Shown piece after piece: positions 24,621-38,223 of a stretch of DNA of 64,000 bases. The translations under genes and the position numbers were made by a program. Location: contig JAQFVV010000006.1 of assembly GCA_028023455.1 (NCBI GenBank), positions 6,324,001 to 6,388,000 of the forward strand, given 5' to 3'. The stretch is from Epiperipatus broadwayi. Lineage: Eukaryota; Animalia; Onychophora. The notes beneath the pieces were generated by a model that was not told where the DNA came from, searched no databases, and saw nothing but the letters and a program-made list of their open reading frames with translations. Position 1 is the stretch's first letter; each line of letters starts with the position of its first letter.

Positions 24621-24899
24621 GAAAATATAATTTGCAGCATTAAATATTGAATGTATCAGAATAAATAATGAAAACATTTTTATAGTTGCAATAAATTCAG
24701 TAAGTTTCATTGAAAAATGCAGATAGTAACAACCCAGAACACAACCTATTAATTAGCTTGATAGAGAATAAAATGTTACAAGGTTGCTATGAAAATAGAG
24801 GTAATAAATCCAGAAAACCTGTGGAAAGAAGTTGTGGTAGTTTTGCATAGTATCCTCTTGAGTGATTTGAGTTGGTGTATAATTCATTTCTGATACTTT

Positions 24900-25400
24900 T
24901 TCATCATCATTATCATCAACCATAATCAATCCACTGCAGGATGATGAAGTTCTCTCCAAGTTCAATCCATCTTCTCTGATTTTGAGTTTCTCTTCTCCAC
25001 ATCACTGCACACTTTCTTATTTCATCCATCCATCTCACATGTGATCTCTTTCTGGGTCTTTTTAAATCTCTTGGAATCCAGTTTAAGATTTCAATTATCC
25101 ACCTATCATCATCTCTTCTATCAATATGTCCAGCCCAACTCCACTTTAGTCTTTTAATTTTTTCAATAAGGTCAGTAACACCTGTTTGTTCTCTTACCCA
25201 TATATTGCATTTTCAATCTCTTTTTGTTGCTCCCAACATGCATCTCTTCATACTTCTTTGGGTGGTCTGAAGTCTTTGTATTGTTCTTCTATTAAGTGTC
25301 TAAGTCTCAGATCCATAAGTAAGAACTAGTAAAACACATTTACTTCTTATTTATCATTACTGCTGTATATAAATGTGCTCTTCTGTAAATTGTAAACTCT
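24900..25400 (-). mobile_element. RTE-like LINE 3' remnant
   Basis: (CAT)n tail at ~24900-24920 and an RWMDEIRK-type segment at ~25015-25045 on minus. Confidence 0.65.
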
Positions 25401-25629
25401 TATACATTGGCAGATTGCACTAATAAAAAACTAAAAGGAAGTGGAAGAAATTTCCAAGATATCTGTATTGAACAATATGGTGTTAGTAATAGAGGCGATA
25501 ATGTTCTCTGTAAATTATGTGTTGAGCTATTTGTGAGTAGAACTTAGAATGTAATTCTTTCAAATCTTGCTTACCATTCTTTTATTTTAAAAACGATTTT
25601 ATTTTACTAAACACAATAGACTTATATAG

Positions 25630-26360
25630 AATAATAGTAATGGTTCAAAAAATGTTAAAATATTTTTAACGACAGAACAGGTTTGAATTTGTAATAAAGA
25701 AAATCTATTTAAAGCTGAGTGCTTTTAATACTGAGTAGTATGATAATCGTAGCATTGTGTGATTAAAGGAAGTTGAGATCTAGATTTAAAGTTACTTTGG
25801 AATATTAAATAATTGAATATCATAAAATTGAAATTTTTAGGGGTAGTGAATGCTACAAGTGCCATTTTTTAAAAAGGGGAGTACTAGAGTCCCATTTATT
25901 GATAGCATGATGATCTTTAGCTATTGGCCATGCCTCCTTCACCCTTCTTTTTCTGTCATCTCTCTCGGATTGCAACTCATGATCCAAAAAAATGGAAGAG
26001 TATTCATTGCTTTTCTTGGCCCGGTTGTACAGATATTTATGCTGGGCAAGACTTGCAGATTAGTTAGCTCAAATTTCATCATAGTAAGATGTCAAGCAAT
26101 TAGCCCTTCTTTGCAATTAATTTTGTACACAGTTTGATGTGAAGCCTCTCTAGGTATTTTGTCTTTTGGATTATTTAATAATTTATTTATGATAATCCAT
26201 TATTTAATATTCAAAAGTAACTTTAAATCTTGATCTCAACTTTCTTTAGCCGCATAATGCAGTGATTATGATGCTACTCAATATTGAAAGCACTCGGCTT
26301 TAAATAAAATGGTTCTGTTGTTAAAAATGTTTTAACTTTTTTTGAAACATTACAATTACT
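25630..26360. repeat. Foldback: ~200-bp inverted arms around a ~340-bp spacer
   Basis: GTTGAGATCTAGATTTAAAGTTACTTTGGAATATTAAATAAT (~25770-25812) is mirrored at ~26200-26242. Confidence 0.7.
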
Positions 26361-26684
26361 GCAGAAAAAAGAGGGTAAAAAATTTATTCTAGAATTACAC
26401 ATATAATAATAGAAAAAAGCAGTATGTTTCAAATATCCAACCAGAACTTAACATATAATATTTAATAGACTGTAGTTAATTTTATATTTTTATTCATTTT
26501 TTTTTTTTTTCAGGTGTGTCAAGAGAAGTACATTGTCACAGTATTAAAATATACACGACTGCTCATAACTGATAGTGAATCAGTACTTCACTTAGTTTAT
26601 TGTGAAATCAATGATCCCTGAGTCCACATTGCATATCTTAACCAAGTATTTAAAGTCTTCATAATAGTAATGTACAGTCTTTTT

Positions 26685-26840
26685 ACAATTGCAACCCCTT
26701 TTTTATTTCCATGACCCCCTTCCACGAACAAAAATTTGGCGCGCCCTTTTATTTGTTTTTACTATTGCAATCCCCTTTTTTATTTCTGTGACCCCTTCCT
26801 CAGACAAAAATTTGGCATGACCCTTTATTTGTTTTACCAT
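26685..26840. repeat. ~76-bp tandem duplication
   Basis: ATTGCAA.CCCCTTTTT..TGACCCC..CAAAAATTTGGC..CCCTTT..ATTTGTTTT occurs twice. Confidence 0.8.
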
Positions 26841-27074
26841 GTCTAAATTAAAAGTATGAATATGTTAGTATATTCATAAAAAACGGTAGTAGTTTTAATT
26901 AATATACAAATTTATATTTCCTAATATTTTAATAATAAGCATATACTATTTGAAAATGACAATTTTGAAACAAATCATATACTTATGCAAAAATATTATA
27001 AATTACAAATAACAATACAGTCTTCTATTTTAAAAATATATACAATCCACACACAAACTTCTTTATAAATCTTG

Positions 27075-27340
27075 ATCCATTAAAGTATGAAGATTGAATA
27101 TCTTAATATAAGCTGAACATTGATTGTATATATGTGTGGAGATAATAACCTGGACCAACTGATGAGTGCTGTTTTGGCATGGAATATGTATATTGGTGAT
27201 TATTTACCTTTTCGACATGTGTGATCAAGTGTGTCAGCAGCATGAAATAGCATGAATAGTTGAGGGTCATGTGAAAGTCTGAGTTCAAATCCCCTATATA
27301 TTACATATTGGAGTGCAGGTATGAAAAAGCCTGTACTGGA
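27075..27340 (+). mobile_element. Family B1 copy with HHR (GAAA changed to GGAA)
   Basis: ATAACC TGG ACCAA CTGATGA GTGCT GTTTT GGCAT GGAA TATGTA TA TTGGT GATTAT at 27145-27203. Confidence 0.8.
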
Positions 27341-27599
27341 GAAAAAATTCATATATTAAAATATGAACTATTATAATTGTACAATAATATACTTCAATGT
27401 TTCAACTATATTATTTTATAGCCTTCATCAAGGAACAACTTAAACCTCTTGTTAAAAAAAAATTGTGATATAAAAACAATTTATTTTTATGTGATTTTGA
27501 TCTATTTTTAAAAATTCAATTCTTTAAAAAAAAACCTTATCGTTATCCAAAACTTTAAGAGAATTTCTTAAAAATTTTATAGCTCTCTGAAGAGTTAAT

Positions 27600-27930
27600 A
27601 TTCTTACATCTTCTCCTTTACTTTTTTCACATTTCTTCATATATTCATATACAGTATATTACTTTTTTATAATTCTCCTCAACTACACTCTAATGCAAAT
27701 TTTTATATAATTCCTCCTTTATTTTTATTTTTATGATTATAAATAATAATGTAAAATATATAATTTTGTATGTATATAAAATAATGGTTATATGATTATA
27801 TGCTTAAATGTTGTAACTCGGATGAAGACTGCAGGACAGTCAGAACTGTAGAAAACTAAAGGAGGAATTATATAAAAATTTGCATAAGAGTGTATATGAG
27901 GAGATTTATAAAAAAGTAATATCCCTGAAA
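27600..27930. mobile_element. Family D-like foldback with degenerate HHR
   Basis: CGGATGA A GACTG CAGGA CAGTC AGAA CTG TA at ~27818-27851. Segment 27660-27725 is inverted at 27855-27920. Confidence 0.6.
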
Positions 27931-30000
27931 AAATTGTGGCTCACAGTGTAACGGTCAGATTCGTCTATCTCGCTAGCACACTGCAGAATTCAAACCCCAA
28001 ATATGAAATTGAACACTCTAGGAGGGGTTGCCGTCTAGATATCCTAGGTTCAAATCTAAAGTCTAAATTCCACAGTGCCACCTACATGATAACACATCTG
28101 ATGCACTAATAATATAACCTTTTATCGGTGCCTGGTGGTCAGGGAGAAACAAAAAGACCCTACGATGATATAAGCTGGGGTTTGCTAACCAACATCTATG
28201 GATGATACAAAAAAAATTATAAAGATAGACCGAGACAGTGATATGGATCAATAAAATAAAGGATCAAAATTGGTTTTAAAAGATTTATTAATATATCATA
28301 TATATATAACGCCCACTGTCTGCAGATGTTAGACAGTGACCCTTACTAAAATGGTAGTTAAAACAACATTCAGGACAATTTACATTTGGATGTTGTTAAA
28401 TACATTGTCTATACCTCAGGTCAATATAATATTACAATAATGTGCCTAAAAAAGCTTGTGAAGATGTGTGAGGCGCTTTGAGTAAATTAGAAAGAGTTTA
28501 ATAAAATATTTTGCAACATTAAAGTTTCATATAACATTTCTTGACTTCGAGAATAGAATGGACTAATGCTTGTTAAGCTATAAGGTGGGGACATGACCAA
28601 GGCATTTATATTTATACACATGGTTAAGTTAGATTGGGAGATCGGTGTTGCTAGTGAGGAATTTCTGTACAGGATGGAGGGTGTGATACTTTTAAATAGC
28701 TGGAACTTTGCAAATAATAAATAAGTAAACATTTATATAATGGATACGTGAGATAAATATGGAGGGCGTCTCGCCATTAATCCATAGGAATGTGGTGTCA
28801 CAAGCAGCCGAAGTCTGGACTCATCCAAATCTTAGTGACTGGGTGACAGCTGTGTCGCATTCCCAGGTGTGACATTTAAATACACATTCTCTGCGAACCA
28901 CAGAAAATGAAAGGGGAAACAGTTTTAGCCGTTTAAAGTTCTTTAGGAGAAGCAAAGCGGTCTCAAAACACCCAATACACCTACTAGCAACACTCGAGTA
29001 AAGTATATAAAGTATACTAAAAAGGGATTTATTTAGATTAAGAAAATGCCCAATCAATTCCCCAAATAATTATTTAAAGAAAGTCCGCCCATTCTCGACC
29101 TCAAATTACAAGCTTTGAAATTAAAGCAAAACAATATACATTTTAAAATGGGAGAATGCATGTTTGCAGGGTCTTAAAAAAAGCATAAATTTATTTACAC
29201 AATCATGCATTTGTTAAATATTTACTCATTGACCTCACACATATTCTAATATTAGGTTAAAATCGATAACGTGGATTTTAAACAAGAATATTATTATATA
29301 CATTGAATAAGAGTAGGATAGCCCTCGAACGAGCGATTCACAAGATAAACAAACTGGGAAACAATTTATAATTTAAAACGCCTTAATGGTGGCATCTTAC
29401 TTTAAATAAAAGAGAATAATTTGCTCGGTCAAAGACTATTCTGGCACATAATCATAATAAAAGAAAAGAAACAGATTAATAAATATAAAATATTAACCCA
29501 AGGATAGAGAGAGAAATACTAATTACATTACAGCATTTTAAAGAAAGAACAACAGTAAGGTAAAGCAAAATGGAAACAATTTAAATAGCTATAGCTTATT
29601 AATTAGAGGAAATAATCACAAGAGCTCTTGGATTAAATTTTGGGGTTACCTCATTAGAAGCATTTGCAGGTAGTTTCAGGTAGATACTTTTCCAAATTGA
29701 TTGGCAGCAGCATTCATATGACTCGGCAGTAAACTCTGGTTAAAGTTCATATTTTATCAGCAGTAGCAGTTTTAGGGCTTCCTATGTGACAGCATCAGAT
29801 GGTATGGAGCAGCGGCTGGTCATTTCCGAGGGGAAAATAGCCTTCTTGCCGGCTCTACTCCGTCATTTTGAAGATTGCAATTTTAAAAGCTGGGTGCTTC
29901 AGAGAGATTTTAAAGCAATATTTAAAACATGGTAAATCTATTTGAAGATGAAAATTCAGCTTTAAATATTTAAGTTTTCAGGTAAGTAGCAATTAGAACC
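27930..30000 (+). mobile_element. Heavily decayed Tx1/L1-type ORF2
   Basis: GGVAV*IS (APE, ~28020), TNWETIYNLKRLNGGILL (~29350-29400) and PSCRL...HFEDC (zinc motif, ~29840-29878) occur in the expected order. Confidence 0.55.
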
Positions 30001-31994
30001 TCAGAAAGTCTCAGAAAGCTTAGAATAATAGAATGAAGTGAGCTAGAATAATCAAGCTAGAATCATCATGGAATAAGCTAGAATAGAATAACGCCAGCTA
30101 GAATAGAATAATAAGAACAAAAAAAACCCTTCTATATATAACAGAATTATACAATAAAACTGCCCTGGAGTGTTACAAAAATATTCCAAAATTTTCCATC
30201 TTATCAGCTGTAATTAAATCCATCCGAATGTCCAAAGGAATTTAACAAAATTTTAATTATTTTCTATTGTCAACTATTCTGTAAACATTTAGATTAAAAC
30301 TTTGATTTAATAAAAACTTTTGCTAATTAAAAAGAATTGACCTTAAGTGGACATCTGCTGTCTTACTTGATAAGCTCCTAGAACATTAACTAATTAAAGC
30401 TATTGTTTCTTACCAACCCTCATTTATTTTAAACAGAAAATATGTGGCGTGATTTAAAAATCTAAAAGAAAATTATTTTACTTTTAATTTTCAATGTTTA
30501 AATCTATTTATGAGACGAATATAATTTTATTTTAAATCAAAAACAAATATTACAAATGTAATACCTTTTATAAATAGATTTAAACAAAATAATTTAATAA
30601 AGATTATTATTTTGAGGTTTTGAAAATTAATATATCACAGTGTGTGCGCAATTACGACCTATATAACCTACCTTTAAATAAATCTCTTTTAACTGTACAT
30701 ACATAATTTATAATATTTTATTTATACTGGGCATAAGTTATACAATTATATATAATATGAGTGTTGTACTCTTGGTTTAAAATTGGGCGGGATTTTCCGC
30801 AGCGCATTGCAGACACACTACGATACACTGGGGTTTAAACTAAGGTATAAGGGCAGGTAAGAGGTGAGAAAAGGTGAAACGAAGATCTGCAAAGCAGAGC
30901 TTACTGTTTCAAAGGATATCACTGTTTACAATATGCTTCCACCAGTATTCATGGAACTTCTAACCCCTATATATATGATTATTTTGGAAAGTTGCCATTG
31001 ATCACAATAGTTATATAAATCTCAGCAGTGATCAAGCACCTCTTACTGTCTTTCTGTTACCAATCAAAAACGGTATCAAAATCTCTCCTAATGGGTTATT
31101 GGAGGATTAAATTTGAGCTCATGTTATTGAAAATAATATGTAAAAAAAAATTCATCATGGATCCAGATAATTTACAAATTGTGACAAAAGGCTATCTGTG
31201 CATCTTGTTGAGAAAATATTGTAAATAAATTTGATACCAGTAAGTTCACCCAAAACATTTTTTAATATTTTTATAGGTAAATGGATGTCCACACAGCACC
31301 CTGATTGAATTTTAGATATATAATCACTGATACATCATTATATGCCATTTGAAATCCTATCAGATATAATAATCTGATCTCTTGTATCTAGATAGGTTAG
31401 TTGCTATCTCAACCAGTATAATTTTCTCAAATTTTATCCAATTCAATCAGATGATAATTAAAAAGTTTGTAGTCAAATAGAAGGTCGCACATATGACAAA
31501 TTACTTACTTAGCCTTCATGAATTCCCGAACAATTTACTTTCAATCAGTCTGTAACAAACTTACTAAGTGCTGTCTCTTTAAAAATAAGGTGTTCTCAAA
31601 GTATTTTTTTACAAAAAGATTGCATCATAATTATTAATTTGTAACTAATTATATTTTTTCTTTAAAAATGTACAATATTCAGTAATTTGGTCTTGGGCTA
31701 ACACTCAGCCAATCAGAAATTACAAACTTCCTCTGTAGTATTATAATAATAGGGTGTTATCAATTACACAAAAAGATACATATAATGCTGACACCTTCAG
31801 GGTTTTTTAAAAAATAAATATGTTAAGATTGTGGCAATGGGGAAAAGGGAAGCTGCAAACCATAATATAAGGTTATAGATAGGCCTAATGTAGAAAAGAT
31901 AGTGATCATAGCAACATTATAGTGCCTAAAATGTCAAAATAAAGCAGAGACACTTTATTTTCATTCAACTCAATGAATATTTATATTTTATTTT

Positions 31995-32100
31995 ACTTAT
32001 TTTTTCATATGTCATAGCATCGGCTGGGAGGTGAACCCACAACAACTGTCTGCAACCAACTGCTTGCTTGCAAGGTGGCTGAGCTGACCTCTCAGCTAAC
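31995..32100 (-). mobile_element. tRNA-derived SINE-like copy
   Basis: Minus strand TTAGCTGAGAGGTCAGC (A-box-like) ... GTGGGTTCACCTCCC (B-box-like) ... ATGCTATGACATATGAAAAAA. Confidence 0.65.
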
Positions 32101-33259
32101 ATTTCACACTTTAAAATAAAGCAAGTGCAATCTGCCAATGTAAACAAGACTCAAACTTATTCTGATTTGGGTGTGGCACACTTAATGAAGGGGGTTACCC
32201 AGAAACTAGTCTTATGAGTCTTTTACGATTTTTGTTCAGAGCTCAGAATTTAATTATTATATAAACTTTTATATTGTAGTTAAATAATGAGCTAATAGAC
32301 ATGGCTTAAATACTATCTTTTATAATATTCGTAAGATATAGCTCTGTAATGTATTAATTATATCATAAATTATAGTAATAAATGATATTTGATCACAAAA
32401 AAAAAATTAAAGTCTACATCGGAGATTTTAAAAAATGTAATAGTTTCTGAGTTAATAAAAATTGAGGGATTAAAAATATAATCAAGTGATTCTACTGTTC
32501 AAGAGTTTATAAGGAGCCAAAATGGTGGAATTATGAGCACTGGAATTAATCCCGCTGTCATATCTCAACTTGCCTTAGAAATGAATTAGTCCAGATCGCA
32601 TTCTTATCTGATCAGATTGAGCACTCATTACTAATAATCAATGTGTAAACGTGGATAACCAATGTGTAAACATATGGCCAAAGTGTAAACATAGGGCCAA
32701 TAGGCAATGATGCTCTCTGAATCTGATTTCTGCCAGTAAGGTTGGGGATTTGACAATAAATGGTCAACCTTTTTGGAGGCAAGGGAAAGAATTCCTAATT
32801 TAAATCACAGAATGCATTCTCAATTGAACCCACTGCCAACAGTGCATGTTTCTATTACAGTCATTATGCTATAAGTGTACATAGTGAGGCAAAGTCCATG
32901 ATAGGACTGGAAGCTGAAAAGACTAGAGCTGACTCAAGGCAAGCTGTCTAGTACAGCTGAAGAGTCTTTGGATAAACTCACGAGGGGAAGTTATTATATA
33001 CAGCTGGAAGTGAATCCAGCATTAATGAAGTTCATACATGTGGAAACATATTTATTGATGGTATATTATGTAAATATATTTGATACTAATAAATCATATT
33101 AAGTGAATTTCAAGTATTTGCATTTTTTATTACTGTTGGTTGGAGTCTGCAATCCAGACCAAATCCAACACCACGATCTCTCATTCTAAAATGTAAACTC
33201 CACCACCGCACCGAAATAACCTATGATCTGACTTTACCAGTGCATTTAAAGAGTTTCTT

Positions 33260-34050
33260 TTGCTTCTTAATGAATAATATTTCTGTAGTATAATTTTCAC
33301 ATGAGGTAGGAACTGGTTTCTACTAACTTTTAACACCTTGTGGAGGATCGTAATCATAAGCATATGACCAAAGACATAGTATGTGCTGAACCAGCACTCA
33401 TCAATTGGCCCAGATCATAATCTCTTACACATTTTATCATTGTTCAACATATATATAGATAGCCAATTAATATAATTTAATTGATGTGTCAAACTTACTG
33501 CCCTCACAATTCTGGTGCAAACCCATGGAAGTATTTAAATAATTTTTATTAGTCCCTCATTAAACTAAAGATTATTCACTTCATAAATATTATTTCTATA
33601 GTGTAATTTTTACTACACTACTCTCATGCAATGTAGGGACTGACTTCTATCCATGTTTAATACATTGTGGAAAAATATAATCATGAAGATATCATCAAAG
33701 ACAAGTGGTTTATGTGTCAAAGTTGTGAGGACTATAAGTTTAACACATAAATTAAACTTTAATAATTGGCTATCTATATATATATTGACGAATGATAAAG
33801 ATACGTGTAAGAAATTGCGGTCTGGGCCAACTGATGAGTGCTGATTCAGTATGAAATTATGCATCTTGAGAATCATACATCTTTTTTACATTTGTCACGT
33901 GTTTATGATTACATCCCTGCAGAAGGTGTTAAAAGCAGATAAAAACCAGTCCTTAATTTGCTTGGGAATTGTGTAGTGCAAATTACACTTCGGAAATATT
34001 AAGTGTATAATCTCTAATCTAATGAATGACTAATAAAATTTATTAATGTA
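33260..34050. mobile_element. Family B2 composite: ~1.4 tandem units on minus, then an inverted copy
   Basis: Unit start repeats at ~33270 and ~33585. HHR relic on minus at ~33385-33417. Plus-strand HHR GCCAA CTGATGA(33831-37) GTGCT GATTC AGTAT GAAA TTATGCA TC TTG. Confidence 0.8.
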
Positions 34051-34090
34051 GTTCCTTTTTTTTCTGGGATCGCCTTCTTTCGTTTCAAAG

Positions 34091-34161
34091 ACTGTTAGGG
34101 TAGAAATACAAGAGGCATATTCTGCAACTGTCAAATCGCGGTTTAGTTTACTACTTCCACG
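34091..34161 (+). CDS. Candidate coding exon of an unidentified gene (TVRVEIQEAYSATVKSRFSLLLP-R)
   Basis: Pyrimidine-rich acceptor CTTCTTTCGTTTCAAAG and donor CG|GTATAA. The phase-2 end matches the candidate exon at 35545. Confidence 0.3.
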
Positions 34162-34989
34162 GTATAATCACTTTTATGCAAACTGAGAGATAATTTGTGT
34201 ATGTGTAACTATCAATAAGTGTGTGCAGGAAATGCAACGCTGGTAAAATGATGTATTACAGAAATAAATACCTAAGCCTTGTTCAAAGTATTACGTAAGT
34301 CTTAAGCAAAGCATTGTGGGTAAAAAGTAAAATTGTTACCATAAACTGAGTTCAGTAAACCAAATACCGCATTTAAACGTTTCTCTTTTTTTTTACCTAT
34401 ATAACATTTTATAAGAATTTAAATTAATATATAATCCTTCTAACTTATTTCTATCTCTAATAATCGTTCTGTAAATTTTTTATCAGCATTTATTACTTTT
34501 ATCAATAATACATCGGATTTTTTTTTTTAAAAAAAAAAAAACTGTTTCAATCTTTAAATACGATGGCTAAATAATATCACAGGCATCTTTTTTTTTCCCC
34601 TACACTTTTTAAAAACCATAACTCAAACGTGACATTTAAATGTTTTTGAAAATTGGTCACTTATCCACTCTAACGTTCATTAAATTACTTTTACATCATG
34701 AATCACTAATACGGCTATATTTTCAAATAAACCACTAAGGGTGATTATTTTATACTTAAATAAATTCCTAAAACTCTCAATCAGAACAGTAATTAGTTAT
34801 GCCAAAACAAAAAAACAGTGACTCTACTTAAATGGGCAATATAAAGCCAACAAATATTCAAATCTCAAAGTCAGCTCAACCACACGTTGCGTTTTAAAAA
34901 TCATTAATTATTAACATTTAAAATTAATACTCCAATAAGTGCTATCACTTCTACTATTCATAACAAATTAAACATAAATAAAAAGTCGA

Positions 34990-35520
34990 TATCGAATTCT
35001 AGGTATTGAGGTCTAAATATCTGGACTTTACTATCAAATATAATGTGGATCCGTTGCCCACAAAGTGGATTCTAGTATATAAGAGAGATTTCACCATCAG
35101 ACTAACAAAAATCACTCCAAAATTGGTCTACACGCATCACCTCCATCAAGAACTGTGCGAACTCCATAAAACTTACTCAAGGATTAAAATTTCAATATTT
35201 ACAGTATAGCAAAGTGGGCTATTCACTGTAAATGGGTCTTCAGGGTATTAGAACAAGAAGAGGGGCTATTCTTTTTCAGGACAATGTATAAATCAAAACA
35301 AAAGATGACCTTCACTGCTCTAAGAAATTATTTGAAGACCATTGGTCTTTTTTTGATGTTCCAATTTAGACTAATCAAGGGTAGACAAAGCGATATCAAG
35401 CTCAAATGTTCATAACTCTATCAATGTCTGTAAATTTATTTTCCTTTTCGTGCTTGTTTTTTTTCAATGTTGATTAACACAACCCTACTGTATTACTAGA
35501 TTTTTTTTCACAATAAAAAA
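34990..35520 (+). mobile_element. 3' fragment of a Tx1/L1 relative
   Basis: SKYLDFTIKYNVDPLPTKWILVYKRDF aligns with PKFLDFIIKINLDALPTNWFLYHRRGF of the 16-21 kb element. Ends AATAAAAAAAA. Confidence 0.8.
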
Positions 35521-35544
35521 AATTATTTTTTTTTTTAAAAAAAG

Positions 35545-35677
35545 GCTGTTAAACTTGGTAGGAACCCCAGTTCTAGTTTCTGCTGTGAAAATTGGTAAAA
35601 TAGTGTTACAGGTAGCTGAAGGAGCACGGAAAAAAACTGAAGGTCTATCAGCAGCATCTTTTGAGAAAGTTTATTAA
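35545..35677 (+). CDS. Candidate terminal coding exon (LLNLVGTPVLVSAVKIGKIVLQVAEGARKKTEGLSAASFEKVY*)
   Basis: 44 codons including the stop, locally GC-elevated, preceded by T12-A7-G; the AAG acceptor is atypical. No recognised homolog. Confidence 0.3.
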
Positions 35678-37527
35678 ATTATTTTTTACATAGGACAGTG
35701 ATAAATAAAAAAATGTTTCAAGCATTGTGGTTGGAGATTACACTTCTTCAATTTGCTTACATGAGATTGTTTATGCTTTTCATGAGCATAAGATTTTTTA
35801 CTTTTATTATGGATAGTTGAATTATAGTTTTCAATAGGAAAAGGTTACTTTTCACATTTATATGTACAGTGTGTATAATATAAAATTTAAATTAATTTTA
35901 TATTAATTACATACTCGTATTTTTCATTTTGTATTACATCTTTTTTGCTTAAATGTTTGTGTTGTATGATAACTTTATTTTAGGATGTGGACTTGCAATA
36001 GAATACTTCTAAATATATGTTAAATAAATATAGTCTCAACTTGAAGCAGCACTCTAAATATATGTATTTCACTAATAACATAACTAACAAATTTCGCAAT
36101 CCATTACATTTATTCTATTAAACACTACTGTATTTTCTACTATCCTATTTGGGCTGTACATAAAATTTCAAAATTAAAGATCTTTGTTTATTATATATAC
36201 TTTAATATCTTTTTAAGTATATATAAAATAAAAAAGGGCTCTAACAACCAGGGCCCATATCACTGCTGGGTTTATTTCACAATAGTCTCGCTACCGATTG
36301 CCAATGATTTGATGTTACTTTAGATAAGTTTATCATGTTATATGTTAATAAAGTTCAAATATAACCATTTATTTGTATTTATTTTTATCTATTAGATAAA
36401 TTTCTATTCTGTGTCACTTTCCTTGTATTGTAAAATTTCATTTAATTGTTATATTTATTTATAATTAATAAAAACTATTTTAAAATAAAACTCAGAAGTA
36501 TATTTGTATTCCTTATTCTACACATTTTTTTTTCTATAATATTTAAAATGTATTAGATAAAGTATGTAGGGCGGGGGATGGCGACAATATTTTCAATTTG
36601 TCCAGGTGTCAAAACCAATGGATATATCTCTGGAAAGATGTGAGCGTGCGCCTACGGTTTCTGAAGACGTAACTCGTCTTTTAAATAGTGAATCATAACA
36701 TTAGCAAATTTACTGTTTGAGTTATAACTAGGTTCAAAAGGGTAACTGTTTTATGAATTTTTAAAAATAAATTAGACATATTTTTTAAAAAATTATTCCT
36801 ATTATTAATATACCGAATTACTACATACAGGATTTAAAAAAAAAAAAATTTCCCGTGATTTTAGAATTTCCCAAAATGTTTTTGAAATCAATAGATTTTA
36901 AATGACTTTTTAAACTGGAAGAAGGGGGAGGGACTTGAAGTTCACATATAGTTCATATTCAATAATCGTTTTTTTTTTAATTCTTGAAACAACAAAAACA
37001 AAAAAACTATCTGAAAATAGATTAACTTTTATGTTTAATTTAATCATATTTTCTATTATTAATAACAAAAACTCATATTTATTTTTTGAGGTATATTTAA
37101 TGTCATGTTTGTTTGAAGATTTATGATGATGGTATTTTTTTTGCTGATATATATGTTAGAATGTTTGCATCTTCTGGGTGTATTGTTAAATGTGCCTTAC
37201 TTAATGCGATGATAAAGTGACAAATTTTGGAGGGCAAGGTCCATGAATCTTAATTTCGATTCTGTCATCTCCGGTGTCCAAACTACTTATGAAGTCCTGA
37301 ACATTAGACTGTTTCATCTATTATTATTGTTAAATGGTTTTGGAGAAAATTCATTATTTATTTATATCCTTACAAATACATTTAATTGACAATAATGATT
37401 AACACACATGTTAGTAAGTATAGAACAAAAAGTGTCAAATCTTATTTAGTTACAACACTACCTTAAATTTAATATTCAGAAATCTAAAAGTTCATCACAT
37501 ATACCCTTTTCTATGCAAACTGTTAAA

Positions 37528-37735
37528 ACAGTAGTAACTCCAGATATTAGTGTCACTCAGCCCATAGTAATCAATGAATACAAGACTTGTGCATGAAATC
37601 CCTATCTAGTGCCTACTCATCTAATATCCCAAGACTGGTTTCTAGCACATGGCTTTCATCAGTGTCTAACATCCATTAATTACTATGGCTTGCACTAGGT
37701 GGCACTACTGCCTGGAGAGTTTACTACTGTTTTAA
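37528..37735. mobile_element. Family A copy (minus) with inverted 3' piece
   Basis: Minus strand CTGATGA(37656-62) AAGC CATGT GCT A GAAA CCAG TC TTGGG. Inversion starts just 5' of the core. Confidence 0.8.
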
Positions 37736-38223
37736 ACATAAAAGTTATTGGTTCAATCACATATTGGTACTGTTCCCGAAACCAACAATATTTGAAAAAT
37801 ATATCACTAAAAATGTTGTGACCTATAATAATCTGAACATATTACTAATTGTTTTATAAACAAAGTTTGATTGTCCCTAAACATTTAACAATTCAATAGA
37901 TGAGTGAAATAGTCCATCTTACAATTACAAATGTTTATTTTGTCACTTGATTTACATAAATTATTAACTTTTTAGATTCTAAGCAGGCTTAAATATCTAG
38001 CTTATAGCAAAATGGCTACCATCCAAATTTCTGTCAATGAATAAATAAGTATTTGGCTACTCTCAGCTAGATAGTAAAATAAATAAAAAAATGTTTCGCT
38101 TTCCGACAGTTGATGACTTTTTCACAGGTGAATAATGTTTTCTTTACCTTCTGAAAATTGATTAGTGAATGTTTTACTCTGTGTTGGGTTATTTAAAATG
38201 TATTTGTTCACACCATTTACTTA

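Noticed and set aside
26513-26645. Strong polypyrimidine acceptor followed by VCQEKYIVTVLKY...
   Set aside because: The only open frame stops after 35 codons, and it has no recognisable homology or linked exon.
32917-33060. Open frame DWKLKRLELTQGKL...LLM with a GT donor as an upstream exon
   Set aside because: Poor acceptor context and several alternative frames; it cannot be supported.
36640-36685. CTGAAGACG..CGTCTT hairpin, with GAAACCGTA on minus
   Set aside because: Core elements lie on opposite strands or in the wrong order. It is a CpG-retaining patch of unknown nature.
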